A stretch of DNA of 64,000 nucleotides. Origin: Takakia lepidozioides (taxonomy: Eukaryota > Plantae > Bryophyta). Positions 12,657 to 24,819 of the stretch are shown here, piece after piece; the first letter of the stretch is position 1; the number at the start of each line of letters is the position of its first letter. The stretch spans positions 75,330,001-75,394,000 of the forward strand of contig CM060731.1 of NCBI GenBank assembly GCA_030704615.1, written 5' to 3'. The notes beneath the pieces are model-generated. The model saw only the letters and a program-made list of their open reading frames with translations, did not search any database and was not told where the DNA came from. The translations under genes and the position numbers were made by a program.

Positions 12657-14403
12657 CGCTGCAGAATGAAACGAAGGTGCAAGGACAATGAGCGACAAAT
12701 AGAAGTCCTATGAAAAGACTCACCCTAAGCAAGAAGATGACACAGAATGGAATGGAAACACTGCAGCAAGTGAGAACCTCACCGAGCCGATGAACTTCGA
12801 GTTGTTACGAAGGCGAGCGTGTTTGCGACGCTTCGCGGCTCACCGCGACTCTCCACACCTGGGGAAGAATGGTCGTCTTTCGTTACAGTGATGGAAACGC
12901 AAAGAGGAAAACAAAACAGTGCAAAACAGTGCGAAGAAACAGGCGCGAAGAGAATGGAGTCGATCGCATATGGAACATGAGAAGAAAGTAGAAGTAGAAG
13001 GGGGAAAGCGGGCATGGCATTGCCAACGTGCCGCGATTTCACAGGCGCCAACTATCCGCCGTCATCGCATTGAATATGTCCACCGAACGAACGCATCGTA
13101 CTAAATTCATCCACGGTCCTCGCAAGTGCAGCAGACTCATTTCTCATCGGGCCGAGAATCCACCGGACCGCCAGTCCAGCGGACTATTCGCTTTGCTGAG
13201 GCGAAGCGGCTTCATATAGGAGGCACTTCCCTGCCAGCGGATGAAGACAAAAAAGAGTAAGGGGAGAACAGGAAAGTCGAACACACCCATTGCGAACAGA
13301 CTCGCGGCACAACAGACTGATGCATGCACAGTGCAACAGACTGATATCCATAGAGGAGAACTGTCCAGCAGACGGACGTTTCGGCAGACTGGCGGGAGAA
13401 CAAGCCAAAAAACCGGAGGAAAAATAAGAAGTCAAATAGACTTAGTGCAACAGACTTCCGACACAACAGACTGACAAATTCACAAATGCGACAGACTGAT
13501 ATCCCAACAGACGGACTTCCAGCAGACCGCCTCCAAACTGACTGTTATGCACGCGATAAGGGGAATATCCGGAGCATTGATGGGCCAGCGGATCCACTGT
13601 GAACAGACTCGCGACACAACGGACCTCAAACATCCACGCGCATTTGCAGATGCAATTGTCTCAGCCTGGTCCGTCTCCTGGCAAATGCGACAATGTACCG
13701 ATTCTGCACCTACTCTCGTCGTGGCTCAGACATCTGCATTCAGCAGGTGCGTGTGGATGTTTGAGGACCTTATGACTGGATGGTGTTTCTTGACGACTCG
13801 AATTGCTTTTTTGTGCTGCCATCCCTTATATAATACCATGTGGATCCATCACAAAGCTGGGTTTCTTCAAATTCTCCACCCTTTTCCACAACTTATGCAC
13901 GACGGATGCAAGCCGTTATACTTAGTCACATAAATAGTCCCATCGTCCGATACGAAATCTGCAATACACGCCCCCATGTGCATACGCTTCCACCATTTTC
14001 GCGCCCATGTTACCCATGGGTTCTTTTAACGAACTAAACTTGTGAAGGCTCTCATGAGGAATGCAGTATGAAGGGGCTAAATGTATCATGACGGATCACA
14101 AGCAAATGACGTTATCGACGACAGATGTCCGCATTTTCTATATTTATGACTTGGTACAAACCATAAAATGAAGGTTCCCGAAAGCACAACAAGAAGACAA
14201 AAATAGTGGAAGCATATGCACGATGGTGGCTGTAGTGCCCAGAGAGTCTTCTCATGTTCAAGCACACGTTTCATCATCATCATGAATATTGCGCGCAAAA
14301 GAGGAACAGTCGCGTGCATGGAAACGCCTACTGCAACATCGGACAACAAACAGCCGTCAAAAGATAGCGGCCGGGATTTGGTGGGAAGATCATTGCCATT
14401 TTC

Positions 14404-14787
14404 GCAGCCCTAAAAATGGAGGGCTCGGATGGGTTATGGGAATGGACGGTGGCGATCCTACGCCGTCAGCGGACTGGATGGCAGGGGACTGGCCAGCGGA
14501 CTGGCGGACAGACTAGCGGACTGGCAGACTGCTGGGCACCGGACTGGCCAGCACCGGACTGGCGGGCAGACTGGCGGACTGGCAGACTGGAGGGCAGCGG
14601 ACTCATGGGCGGGGGACTGGCCGCGCGGCGGACGGGGGCGCGGGCACGGTTGTTGTAGCCGCGCCCGCGGCTGGGCGACCGCGCGCAACGGCGGGCGGGG
14701 TGCTGGGAAGCCGGGCGTCTGTGCGCGGGGCCCACCGGCCACATCGCACGTGCCCATTGAAGACCCTATTATCTTAAAATGAGAGGC
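14404..14787 (-). repeat. Right TIR of the MULE
   Basis: Reverse complement of 2274-2675. Confidence 0.95.
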
Positions 14788-15239
14788 CAATCTGTTTTGG
14801 GTTTGTTTACCTGCCACGTCAGCGGTCAACAGCCCTTTTCAGGCCCCAAAACGTAAATGAGAGATCTAAGATATTTTTTGTAAGTCGCAGATTTTGTTTT
14901 TTTTTTTTTTTTTCCATCATACTCGAGACAAATCCCTTGTCATTAAAGCTTCAGGAGTAGGCCCCATCAGATTCGATCTGCAAAAATTTGGTCGAACTGC
15001 AAATTCAAAGTGACCCGATTCAGGTCGCTTGGGAACTTAAGGGTTAAAGTCTCTTATCAATATCCAATTTGTTATAACTTAAAATCTTTCCTAGCAAATA
15101 AAATAAGAAAAACAACTAGGAATGATGTAAGAACGTATGAACTTAATGCATGCGTGCAATGTGGGCTCTCCCGGGCCCCTTTGTCAAATCCTCCTCTTAC
15201 CCAAAATTTGCTATTAATAAATACTTTAGAATATTTATT

Positions 15240-15430
15240 CCTTGATGGTTGGGTAGTGTAACTTGTGACCCATACCATGTCACCTTGTGTCCCATGTAAC
15301 CTCTGTTGATACATTTTATACTTCGTCAAATTTCGAGAAAAAGTGGGAGTTGCACCAAATGTAACGTGTGGAGTGACACTCCCTTCAGTGTCGCATAGAT
15401 GTCACCTTGTTCCATGTCACTCTTGGGAGG
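15240..15430. repeat. Degenerate dispersed repeat (related copies ~41050-41330 and ~61880-61950)
   Basis: Shared GGAGTGACACTCCCTTC core at ~15370 and ~61904, with a near match in reverse complement at ~41070. No TIR/TSD recognised. Confidence 0.5.
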
Positions 15431-16774
15431 GGGCGGGGAAGATTTGATATGTAGGAAACATGCACATTGACGTGTCAGAGAACACACCTGTGCATTAGGT
15501 TTTTACATTATTCATAGCGTTCTTCATAAAATAATCTCTTTTAGTCATAGAATCTCAATATTTTCGGATTTTAAATTTTCTTAAAATAATTGAATAGGTG
15601 GAAGTCATTATATATGTATACATATATTAATATTAAGTTGTTTGAAATATTTTAATAGTATAATATGTATATATATATATACATGGAGAAAAAATGCAAT
15701 ATACAAACCTGGAAATAGAAAAAATTAAAGAAAAGGCCAACAAGATATAAAGTTATAAATATGCTTTTTAAAAGCTAGCTTTGATATTATGGGAAAAAAA
15801 GGATGAGACTCCAGGAGTATTAAATCACATACGCTCTCGGGAAAAGCTTCAGTTCAGGCTTGATGAGGACCCCCTGGGCATATTCTAGGTTCTACTCTAC
15901 TTTGCTTTGCAGAATTTCTCGCTTTTTTTTATTTTAGTCATCATCTAGTCTACAATTTAGACTGTGTAAGTCTTCTCTATGGAACTTATCCCATAAAGCA
16001 AAGAGTGAAATGAGGTGACTGTACAAGAGTCAACAAGAACCTCTAAGTGGAGAAGTAAAACACCATAAAGAAAGCCACATGTAGAGACAACAAAGCAAAA
16101 TCAAATCGATCTAGCATCACCTACTGCCTAGAGTAGATCAGACAACAAGAAAGAAGGTGGGTAAAAAAGAGCCAAAGATGAAAATTATAGTGTCCCACTT
16201 GCACCTATGCCAGGAACAACCAATTTGCATAAGCCACAATTAAGGTGATGTATCTATGTGCCATCATATGCAATGCCTTAGCATTACAATGCCAAATATG
16301 TCATGGTATGATAGACGTTATGAATATATACATATATTTGATATACATTTTTTTTTTAAAAAAATTAAGAGGGGAAGTAGCCCTCAGTAAAACTTTATTG
16401 ATAAGGGGAAAAAATGAAACCCCGTGGGGCCATGAAGCAAACACCTTGGTACAATGGACGCTATTTGCACGTATTTATTTTTCCAATATATATATTTTTC
16501 AAAATATTGGACCAGCTATAGTTGGTCATCCATAGTGTGTAGTCAAAGCATCATAAATATGTACGATTCAAAATACATGCCTAAAATTCATGATGACCCA
16601 ACCTTGTATATACATATATACACAGATTAGGTTAGATGTTAATGACAGTTCATCTTGCATCTTCCATGTCCAATGGTGGTTGGTAATGATACATGCTTAT
16701 TTTCATCCGGCTTAGAAGCCATGTTCGTCTTTAAACAACAATCATCATGTTTAATGTGTCTAGAAAATGTTTAA

Positions 16775-17500
16775 CCCCTAAACGTCTCTTTTTGGACTTT
16801 TGTTCAAAAAAGGTACATACCCTAACACAATTGGGTAAGTTGCAGGAAACAGTCATCCAAGTGGATGAACTGTACAGCAAGAAAGTTAAGGTCATCATGC
16901 AGGTGGTCAAAAATTTGCAGCTGATTTCACCGTCTCAATCAAAAGATCATAGAAAATGAAAATGGTGAATTTTTCAAATCCACCCAAAAATCCAGCTGCA
17001 TATCAGGGTTGACCAACTGTTTGCTCTATGATTTAATTTTTTTTCCTGCCAAAGCACCACCACAAAGTCATTGCCTACCATGTAGAAAACCTACTCTCCA
17101 AATTTGGAACCCAAATTCCATGTTTCTGGGTGGGTCCCTTTGTATGTGAAAAGTAGTGGGTACAAAACCCAAATTTCACCGGATGCATGCCAAAATGCAA
17201 TGGGGGATTGAATTTCAAAGTGAAATGGAATTTACAACGGTCAATCTGTAGCATGGAAGCATTGAAAGCCACTTGAAAAAAACCTTGATGCAAATATAAA
17301 AAACTCCACCTAGGATGGAATATATAGTGAAATTCCAACTCAAGCTAAATTTCCAACCACTGGGAAAAGAAGCCGCAGTGGCCCCCGCCACGTATGCTGG
17401 TCAACCCCCATGGAAGTAATCCCGGCACGACCCCTTGCATGCGGATTTTTGTATCCGACAGTGCATTTACTCAATGAAAGACCGCTACCATCTTAATTGA
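16775..17500. mobile_element. piggyBac-like non-autonomous element, copy 2 (right end lost)
   Basis: TTAA (16771-16774) + CCCCTAA. Colinear similarity with 51812-52500 (TTTTTGG..CAAAA..ACATACCCT..CAGGAAAC..CATCCA..GGATGAAC..AAAATTT..CAGCT.ATT.CACCG..TTGACCA..TTTGTATG). Confidence 0.75.
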
Positions 17501-18039
17501 CCAAAGAAGCAATCACAATTTATTATATCAAAGCTTTGCAATCAAGTGCAACTTGTAGTATAAAGAGGTTAGGACTAGTACCATGGTCTGGAACGGCGTG
17601 AGAAAGGACGTCATCTCGGGGATGCAATGGTTGGCAGCCATGGACGTTCGGGTGGCATGCCGTGATTGCTCTTTGAAGGGGGTGTTACCTGGTGATAAGC
17701 CTTTCAAGCTCAGAGGTACAAGAGCCCTACCCAATGTACTTTTGTTGTCTACTCTTTAAACGAAAAGATGCATACAAAAGACAGCTGACTAGCTGTTATT
17801 CGTAAGCATTCATGAGAATGGGAACAAAGATACTGAAATTGGGTGGGGGATGTTAAAGCGTGAGCCTGTGAGTCCATGAGCCTGACCACCGAGGAAGACA
17901 GACCTATAACTGCGGAAATAGGCCCTACATATGGAAGGACAACACAATTGAAATAGAGAATAGAACCCAAACTGCAACATTGAATAATGTAAAATTACAG
18001 GCGTTGAGACGATCCTAACCAAAAAAAATAAAAAATGTA

Positions 18040-18740
18040 TATATATAGTGGGGGGAAGGGGCTAGCCCTCCAAAATGGGCCATTGACGACCGCAATTCAA
18101 GACGGCTCCCGGCCCAAAATATTAATAATAATAGTAATAATTTTTTTTAACAGTTTTTGGGGTTGGATAGCCCTCCAAAAATGCGATCGTCGGGACAGCT
18201 CCCAGTCATACCCAAAACAAAAATTATTGTTTATTTATTTATTTATTTTTATTTGGTGGGTTGGATAGCCCTAAAAAAATGTGGTTGTTGACGATCGCAA
18301 TTTATGACGGCTTCCAGCCACCACCACACAAAAAAAAAAAACAAACAAACAAAAACAAACAAATTTTTTTCTATTTTCTTTTTGGTGGGTTGGATAATCC
18401 TCTAGTATTGCAGTAGTTGATGACCGCAATTCAAGACGGTTCTCACCTCCCAAAAATCCTATATATATATATATATATCAAATATTTTGTTGCACTTCAA
18501 AAATATGGTTGTTGACAGCTGCAATTCAGGACGGCTCCCACCCACCAAAATAATATATATGATGTGATAGCCCTCCGAAAATACGGTCGTTGATGACCGC
18601 AATTCAACCCATCAAAATTGTTTTTTTAAGAAAAAACCTTGTAACTTCTTGTGGGTGGGAACCCTCTGAATTGCTCATTTTCCGGATTGAATAGCTTTCC
18701 AAAATTACGGTCATTGACAACCACAACTTAGAACGTTTAT
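18040..18740. repeat. Degenerate tandem array (~7 units, roughly 100-130 bp)
   Basis: Recurring GATAGCCCTCCAAAA...TTGACGACCGCAATTCAAGACGGCTCCC separated by AT-rich spacers, lying between the Gypsy protease and RT. Confidence 0.8.
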
Positions 18741-19847
18741 ATTTTTTATTTTTTAAATTTATTAAAATCCATGTTATTGGAACTTGGGAGAGCCGTTCTA
18801 ACCGGACTTGCTATTATTTTCCATTTTATGATATATTGAAACAGTTTGAATTTCACATTATTAATTCATGCAAACTAGAACTCCTCACAATTTGTATGGA
18901 CGTAGCGTCGTTGAAAGTGGGTTAAGTCTTAACAGATATAACAAAGTTTTATTTGAATTTGCAGATATCTTTCTTAGTGCTCTGCTTGGACTATCTCCTG
19001 ATAGTGATGTAGATCATGCCATGAGTTGGTTTCTGAAGCAGTCCCTGTCTGTAAGATTCTTTGTAGGCATTCTCTATTAGAGAATGAAGAGTTAGAGAGA
19101 CAATTGAGTGATTTGCTACTGAAAGGTTATAGCGAGTCTCCTTGGGGAGCATCGATTTTGTTCAAGAAAAAGAAAGATAGGACTTTAAGATTATGTGTGG
19201 ACTACAGCTGGCTAAATAAGCTAACTGTAAAGAACAAGTTTCCACTTCATACGATAAAATGATTTATTTAATTATTTGCATGGTGCGCAAGTTTTTCTAA
19301 AGATAGACATGCAAAGTGGAGACCATCAAATCTGTGTCAAAGATCCGGACACATTCAAGACGGCTTTCAGAACTAGATTTGGCTATTATGAATTTACAAT
19401 GATGCCTTTTGGGCTCACAAATGCACCGGCCACTTATGTGTTTGATGAATACCTTGTTCTAGAAAATAACTGGGGAAATTCGTGTTGGTCTTCATAGATG
19501 ATATCTTGATCTATTCAAGGACATTTTGAGAAGTGTTCTAGAAATCTTAAGAGATAATATACTCTATGCTAAGAAAAGCAAGTGCAAGTTTCTTGTTTCC
19601 CAAATTGAATATTTGTTTTACATATTGTCGAAAGATGACATTTTAGTTGATCCCCAGAAAACAAATATTGTGGCTGAATGGCCAATTCTGAAGCATAGAA
19701 CAAATGTGAGAGCCGCGTTCTTGCAAGGACTAGAGAACTTTTATAGAAGATTTATAAAAATATTTTCCAAGATTGCAGCCCCTCTCACTAGCATGCCGAA
19801 AGGCTTAGGAGCAATCACATGGAATGTGAAAGCTTTGAAAAGCTTAA

Positions 19848-20677
19848 CCCTTAAACGACCACGCGACCTGAATCGGGTCGCGTGGTTTTAGAAATTAACG
19901 TCGTAATTGATGTGGATGAAGTTAGATGAACATGCATTCTGAATGAAAAAATTTAAGCGCCCTTGTCTTGTACCTGCTCCAACAAATGCCACAGGAAAAC
20001 CATAAATATCCTGCACGGTACGATTTTTTAAGTGTCAGGGGGTACCAGATTTGGGTGATGTCTAAGCACGTTGACCACTTACGTAGCAGCCTAGGGGGTG
20101 TCCACGCACCTTGGCAGGCTGGAAGGTGTTTAAAAAAATATCCCATCCAACCTAGAAATTTGCTCTTTATCATATTGATTTTTATAGTGTACTTTATATT
20201 GGGGCAAAGCATAGACTGACCGTAAGAATTTGGATTCCAAGAAAAAATTCTAGACATTTTTAGGAGCCTTGGTTCACTACAGCAAATTGGGGAAATTTAC
20301 CCCCCAAAATTCACATACAAAGCAGCCCATTGATTTTTTTGGAATTTGGGTCTCACTTTTTGAGGGGGCACTTGGTATGTGCCACATATGGTGGACATTC
20401 TCGAGGGAACATTCAACCCGATACAACAAATGTCTGGTCAAACCAAAGTTACCCCTTCTTTTGGAGAGTGAATTTGTAAAATTCATGTTTGCTATAATCT
20501 GCAAATTACAATAGTCAAATGGGCTGAAACTTTATGAGTAGATGGATGTGGTAGTTACATAGGGATTTATAAGGTTCAAATCCGTGGATGATTGAAGGTA
20601 AGGAGTTACACCCTCATCCATGAGGGTGTGTACCATTTTGGGGGTGGCCCACCAAAACTTAGCTAGTAGGTTAAGGG
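19848..20677. mobile_element. Non-autonomous piggyBac-like element, copy 3 (830 bp, reverse orientation)
   Basis: TTAA (19844-19847) CCCTTAAACGAC ... GTAGGTTAAGGG TTAA (20678-20681), with palindrome GCGACCTGAATCGGGTCGC. Removing it and one TTAA restores the Gypsy frame FEKLKDVSTRALVLKLLDY. Confidence 0.9.
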
Positions 20678-20750
20678 TTAAAGACGTGTCAACACGTGCT
20701 CTTGTCTTGAAATTGTTGGATTATAAGATATGTGGCCTAGTACTTTGCAC

Positions 20751-21827
20751 CCTCGTTATCAGCGTCACTTTAGGTTGTGTCAAACCTGACGTTGACGCGA
20801 CCAACGTCACGTTAGGTTTACGTTTTTGTTAGTAAAAATAAAAGTAAAGTAAAAATATGTCACTTCAACAGCCATGTCGCAAATATTGTGATAGTGGCAG
20901 GTAAATATTGAAAAATAAAATAAAATAAATGCAACCGCCGGTCGCATATTTATGGCGGTCGAATGTAATTACTACATACGGAAAAAATAGGTGCGACCAC
21001 TGGAAATGGATGGTCGCACATATTTAAAATTTTATATATGTGCGACCGCCAATATTAGTGGTCGCATGTGATTAAAAAATGAAAGAAATACATGCGACCG
21101 CCACTTGCGCATCACCACGCCTTTCGTGTTTAAGGAAAAAAAAAACTACATGCAACCGAAAATACAAGCAACCGCCAAAATTCGGCGGTCGTATGTATTT
21201 CATAAAAATCAAATAGAAGTGACTGCAGATTTTCGGTGGTTTATTTTTATTTTTATTTTTATTTAATAGTTTGACGGTGGTCGCTTATATTTTATTTCAA
21301 AAAAAAAAAAAAAACGACCGCCACTTGTATTTAAGAAAAAAGTGCCCGCCGAATTTCGACGGTCGTTTATTTATTTTTAAACAAAAAAATAAGCGACCAC
21401 AAATATGCGGCGGTCATTCATATTTAAATAAATAAATAAATACATGCGCCCGCCGACAGTTGCATGTATTTAAAAAAAAACAGGCGGTTGCCGAATTTCG
21501 GTGGTCGCTTAGATTTAAAATACAAAACAAATATAGGTGACAACCAAATTTTGGCGGTTGCTTATATTTGTTTTAAACATAAATACGAAAATTGGATATT
21601 AAAATTTTGAAACTAATCCACGCGATCCCCCAAAGTTGGTGGTCGTTGATATTTTGAAATAATACTTATTGACAATATAAAATATACACATGTCCACGTG
21701 TTGTGTAGACCATGGCTGCCACGTCATAAAGAAGAGTAAAAATAAATAATAAAAGTAAAAATAAAAAATTACAATGAGCAACGTCCGTTTTCGACGTGAC
21801 CATGTCACGTCCAGATCCATAACTAGG
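20751..21827. mobile_element. Non-autonomous TIR element with 8-bp TSD and internal GCGACCGCC/GGCGGTCGC arrays
   Basis: TSD CTTTGCAC (20743-20750, 21828-21835); termini CCTCGTTAT...ATAACTAGG. Removal restores the Gypsy RNase H frame LVLCTDANYLPIGA. Confidence 0.85.
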
Positions 21828-22539
21828 CTTTGCACTGATGCAAATTATTTGCCCATAGGAGCTATGTCAGTGCAAGAAAGACATGTGATAGTTTATGAGT
21901 TTAGAATATTGAGCCCAACAGAGCTGAACTACCCAGTACATGAAAAAGAACTGTTGGCTATCATTCATGCTTTGAAGGTTTGATAACATTGCCTATTGGA
22001 AAGGGAATTCAAGATTAAAACAGACCATGAAAGTTTAAACTATTTAGCCACATAACCCAACTTCAGTTATAGGCAACGTCGTTGCGTAAGTTGGCCTTAC
22101 CATTGATCGCAGGTTGTTTGAAAAGGCTATTTTATACGCCTATTGTAGAACTGTATGTAGGTCATATTTTATCATTATAAGTGGGGCACGTGAGAGCCTA
22201 TGTTTGCAGCTTAATCCTAGACTTATGCTGCATTCTGTCATGCATGAATGTGGCATGTACGCGTGGTGTTCTTGCATTATAGCTACCACCATTGGTGTCG
22301 AGGCCTCATAAGGCCAGTGCAAGGTTATATAGCCCATAGTGTTTCATTGCCATTTGCTGGAAACATTTGCATGTAGGGAATTGGGGTTTTGATTTAACAC
22401 CAATTTGGTATGTTATCATGAGGGTGAAGAAAAATTTGGCCAAAGCCCATCTCTGCACGAGATATAGGAAAACTCTATCAGCAAGCCACAGCCATCAGAA
22501 AAGATTGTAAGTACTTACTTGATTGTAATTCCCATAATC

Positions 22540-23620
22540 TTGCAAAGGTTTTCTTGTTCAGGCCAGTTTTGTTGGAACTACAACTGACTCATCTTTTTAT
22601 GGAAGAAATACTTGATCTTCAATCTCAAACTCTCTAAGAGATCTTTTCTGATCAGTATAGGTCTTTGTTCTTTAATCCTCAGTCATTCTCATGTTATCTC
22701 TTATCAAGAACAATTTTATCAAATTTTGTTCTTGTTGCATCATTTCTATCATATGGTTGACGCTCTCAACCCAAGTATCAGAAACATGTCATGATGCAGG
22801 TGTCAAACAGTTCTCCCCTAGACAGCTTTGAATGGGCTTACCCCAACTGTTGTATGCACATTCTGATCGAAGGCAAATTCAACCAGATATAGATATTGTT
22901 CTCAAGAACTTTGTCTTTGGCCCACATACATTCTGAGCATATCCTGCAAAGCTTTATTTGTTCTTTTCTGTCTGAGCGTCTGATTCAAGATGGTAAGCAT
23001 TGCTAAAACACAGTTTTGTATTCAAAGTTTTGAACAATATAGTCCAAAACCCTCCGGTGAACTTTATATCTCTATCAGATATGATCTCTCTTGGCAACCC
23101 ATACAGTCTAAATATCTCTTTCACAAAGAAATTAGCTGTATCAACAGCAGTAGCAGTCATCTTTGTGGGTATGAAACTTGACAAAGGAAACACCTTTCAA
23201 CATAATCTCGTATGGTCTTCTTCATATCATGCCAGAAAAATCGTTTCATGACTGCAAGAGATATGTCTTCTGAAAGCCAGGATGGCCTACAATGGGTATG
23301 TTGTGACAATCATACAAGATTGATTTAGTCTAAAATCTGCAACTTGAGGAATGCAGAAATTTCCTTTGTAGTACAGTAATCCATCATTTATCAGAACAAG
23401 ATATTTATCAATCTTATCAGAGTTTTAATCCCATGAGATAGGCTTTCAAAAGATCCAGCAAAAATATGCATCTTCAGCATATTGACCGCTTATCTCATCA
23501 ACTACATTACTTCTTATCACTGAGACAACATTTGCCCATTTCCTTTTGGACAATATATCCACCACCACATTTTCTTTTCCCTTCACATAGCGCAAATATT
23601 CAAAGAAGAATTGCTGACTA
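22540..23620 (-). mobile_element. Gypsy integrase region, inverted relative to the flanking pol pieces
   Basis: YVKGKENVVVDILSK, FFVKEIFRLYGLPREIISDRDIKFTGGFW, AYHLESDAQTE. Confidence 0.9.
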
Positions 23621-24214
23621 GAGAGGAATTGATGATAGGACCACTTTGTTAACATCCACATCATTATCACAAACAATGTAACATGCAAATTGTCTTATAC
23701 TGTGGAGACATGTATGCACACCCTTTACCTTAATTATTGAACCTGATATATCTTTTGCCACACAATGAAGACACCTCATGCAAATTAATCACAAAAGAGC
23801 AATATACATGTCCATTGGAATTGGTGCTCGGACTTCAAACTTGTTTGCAATATGCTACTAGGTCCAATTGCCCCAAGCTATACACACCAATCAACGTGCT
23901 AAACAAGAAAGTTAGTTGGACCACATAATACACAAATTAAGATGTTACTTTTGTCCTAACAGTCAAATTAATATGTGGAGCATATAGTCGAGGCACTTCC
24001 ATTCACAAAGTAACTTATTTAGTGAATGTATGAATTACATGCAGGCCAAAGTGACCACAGTATCATAAACATGTCCAAAACTTGGAACCTTTGACTTCAA
24101 AGTATAATCCAAGGCAGTGGCAGCATGTGCTCCAACCTGAACCCACCTAACAGCACCTTCATGATCCCGATCGACCCCCAGATAAATCCCTCATAAACAC
24201 GATCAAAGGCACAT

Positions 24215-24620
24215 ACCTCATAATAGGGGCTGCACGGTGGTTGAGAGGTACTCGGGGATGTTTGGCGCCCTTGTAACCCCTTCCAAATATGGCCACAACT
24301 TTGATGTTAGGAAGTCATCATCCGCCCCTGCTGCTTGCATTCTCTATGGCTAAGGAAATATGCCACTGCCTCTTGGGTTGTTTCACCCCTTGCGTGGGCT
24401 ATCATCAACAAATAATATGTTTTTGTGTGACCATTGTGGCATCGATTGCCAAACAATAGACAAATTCTTAAAATAAACAGGTTTGACAACAGAGCTAATA
24501 TCTGGCTTAGTTGCACAAAATGATCCATCCCAAGCAAAATAGAACACTTGGATAAAAAATCAATGCAACGAGGCCGCATATCCACAATCTTGTTCCCACA
24601 AACCTCCCCCATGAGACCAT
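24215..24620 (-). pseudogene. FCP1-homology (NIF, HAD superfamily) phosphatase-like fragment
   Basis: Manual translation: MRPRCIDFL..., then FAWDGSFC...KPVYFKNLSIVW...NILFVDDSPRKG*NNP..GIFP...DDDFLTSKLWPYLEG; contains stops and a frameshift. Confidence 0.65.
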
Positions 24621-24819
24621 ATGGAAAATCCCTATTACTGGCAGCAATGCACCTACTCACAGAGCAATCCATTTAGATAAAAAATTAGTAAGTGCTTATC
24701 ACCTCGGACCTCCGGCAAAATATCACTCACCGTCAGTGGATTAGCGGGTATCGAAGGGAGGACAATTTCCCTCCCTTGCCCCTCCCCAGCCCAACTGACA
24801 AGGGAGTGGTCAGAGAGAA

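Larger units (their letters stand above)
2274..14787. mobile_element. Full-length Mutator-like element (MULE), 12.5 kb
   Basis: ~400-bp GC-rich TIRs starting GCCTCTCATTTTAAGATAATAGGG. Perfect 9-bp TSD CAATCTGTT (2265-2273, 14788-14796). Encodes a SWIM transposase and a Ulp1-like gene. Confidence 0.95.
1702..15043. mobile_element. Non-autonomous piggyBac-like element, copy 1 (~819 bp once the nested MULE is removed)
   Basis: TTAA (1698-1701) + CCCTTAAGTTCCCAAGC ... GCTTGGGAACTTAAGGG + TTAA (15044-15047): perfect 17-bp TIR and TTAA TSD. Subterminal palindrome GTGACCCGATTCAGGTCGC at 15010-15028. Confidence 0.9.
17530..22084 (+). mobile_element. Degenerate Ty3/Gypsy pol (protease, RT, RNase H) interrupted by insertions
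   Basis: Protease-like KDVISGMQWL (~17600); [25 protein letters not shown] and [27 protein letters not shown]; RNase H LCTDAN and NYPVHEKELLAIIHALK. Many frameshifts and stops. Confidence 0.9.

Noticed and set aside
17004-17409. Apparent hAT-like inverted pair GGGTTGACCA / TGGTCAACCC
   Set aside because: No TSD, and the region is internal to piggyBac-like copy 2.
18040-18740. CRISPR-like repeat-spacer appearance
   Set aside because: Degenerate repeats, low-complexity spacers of uneven length, eukaryotic context and no cas genes.
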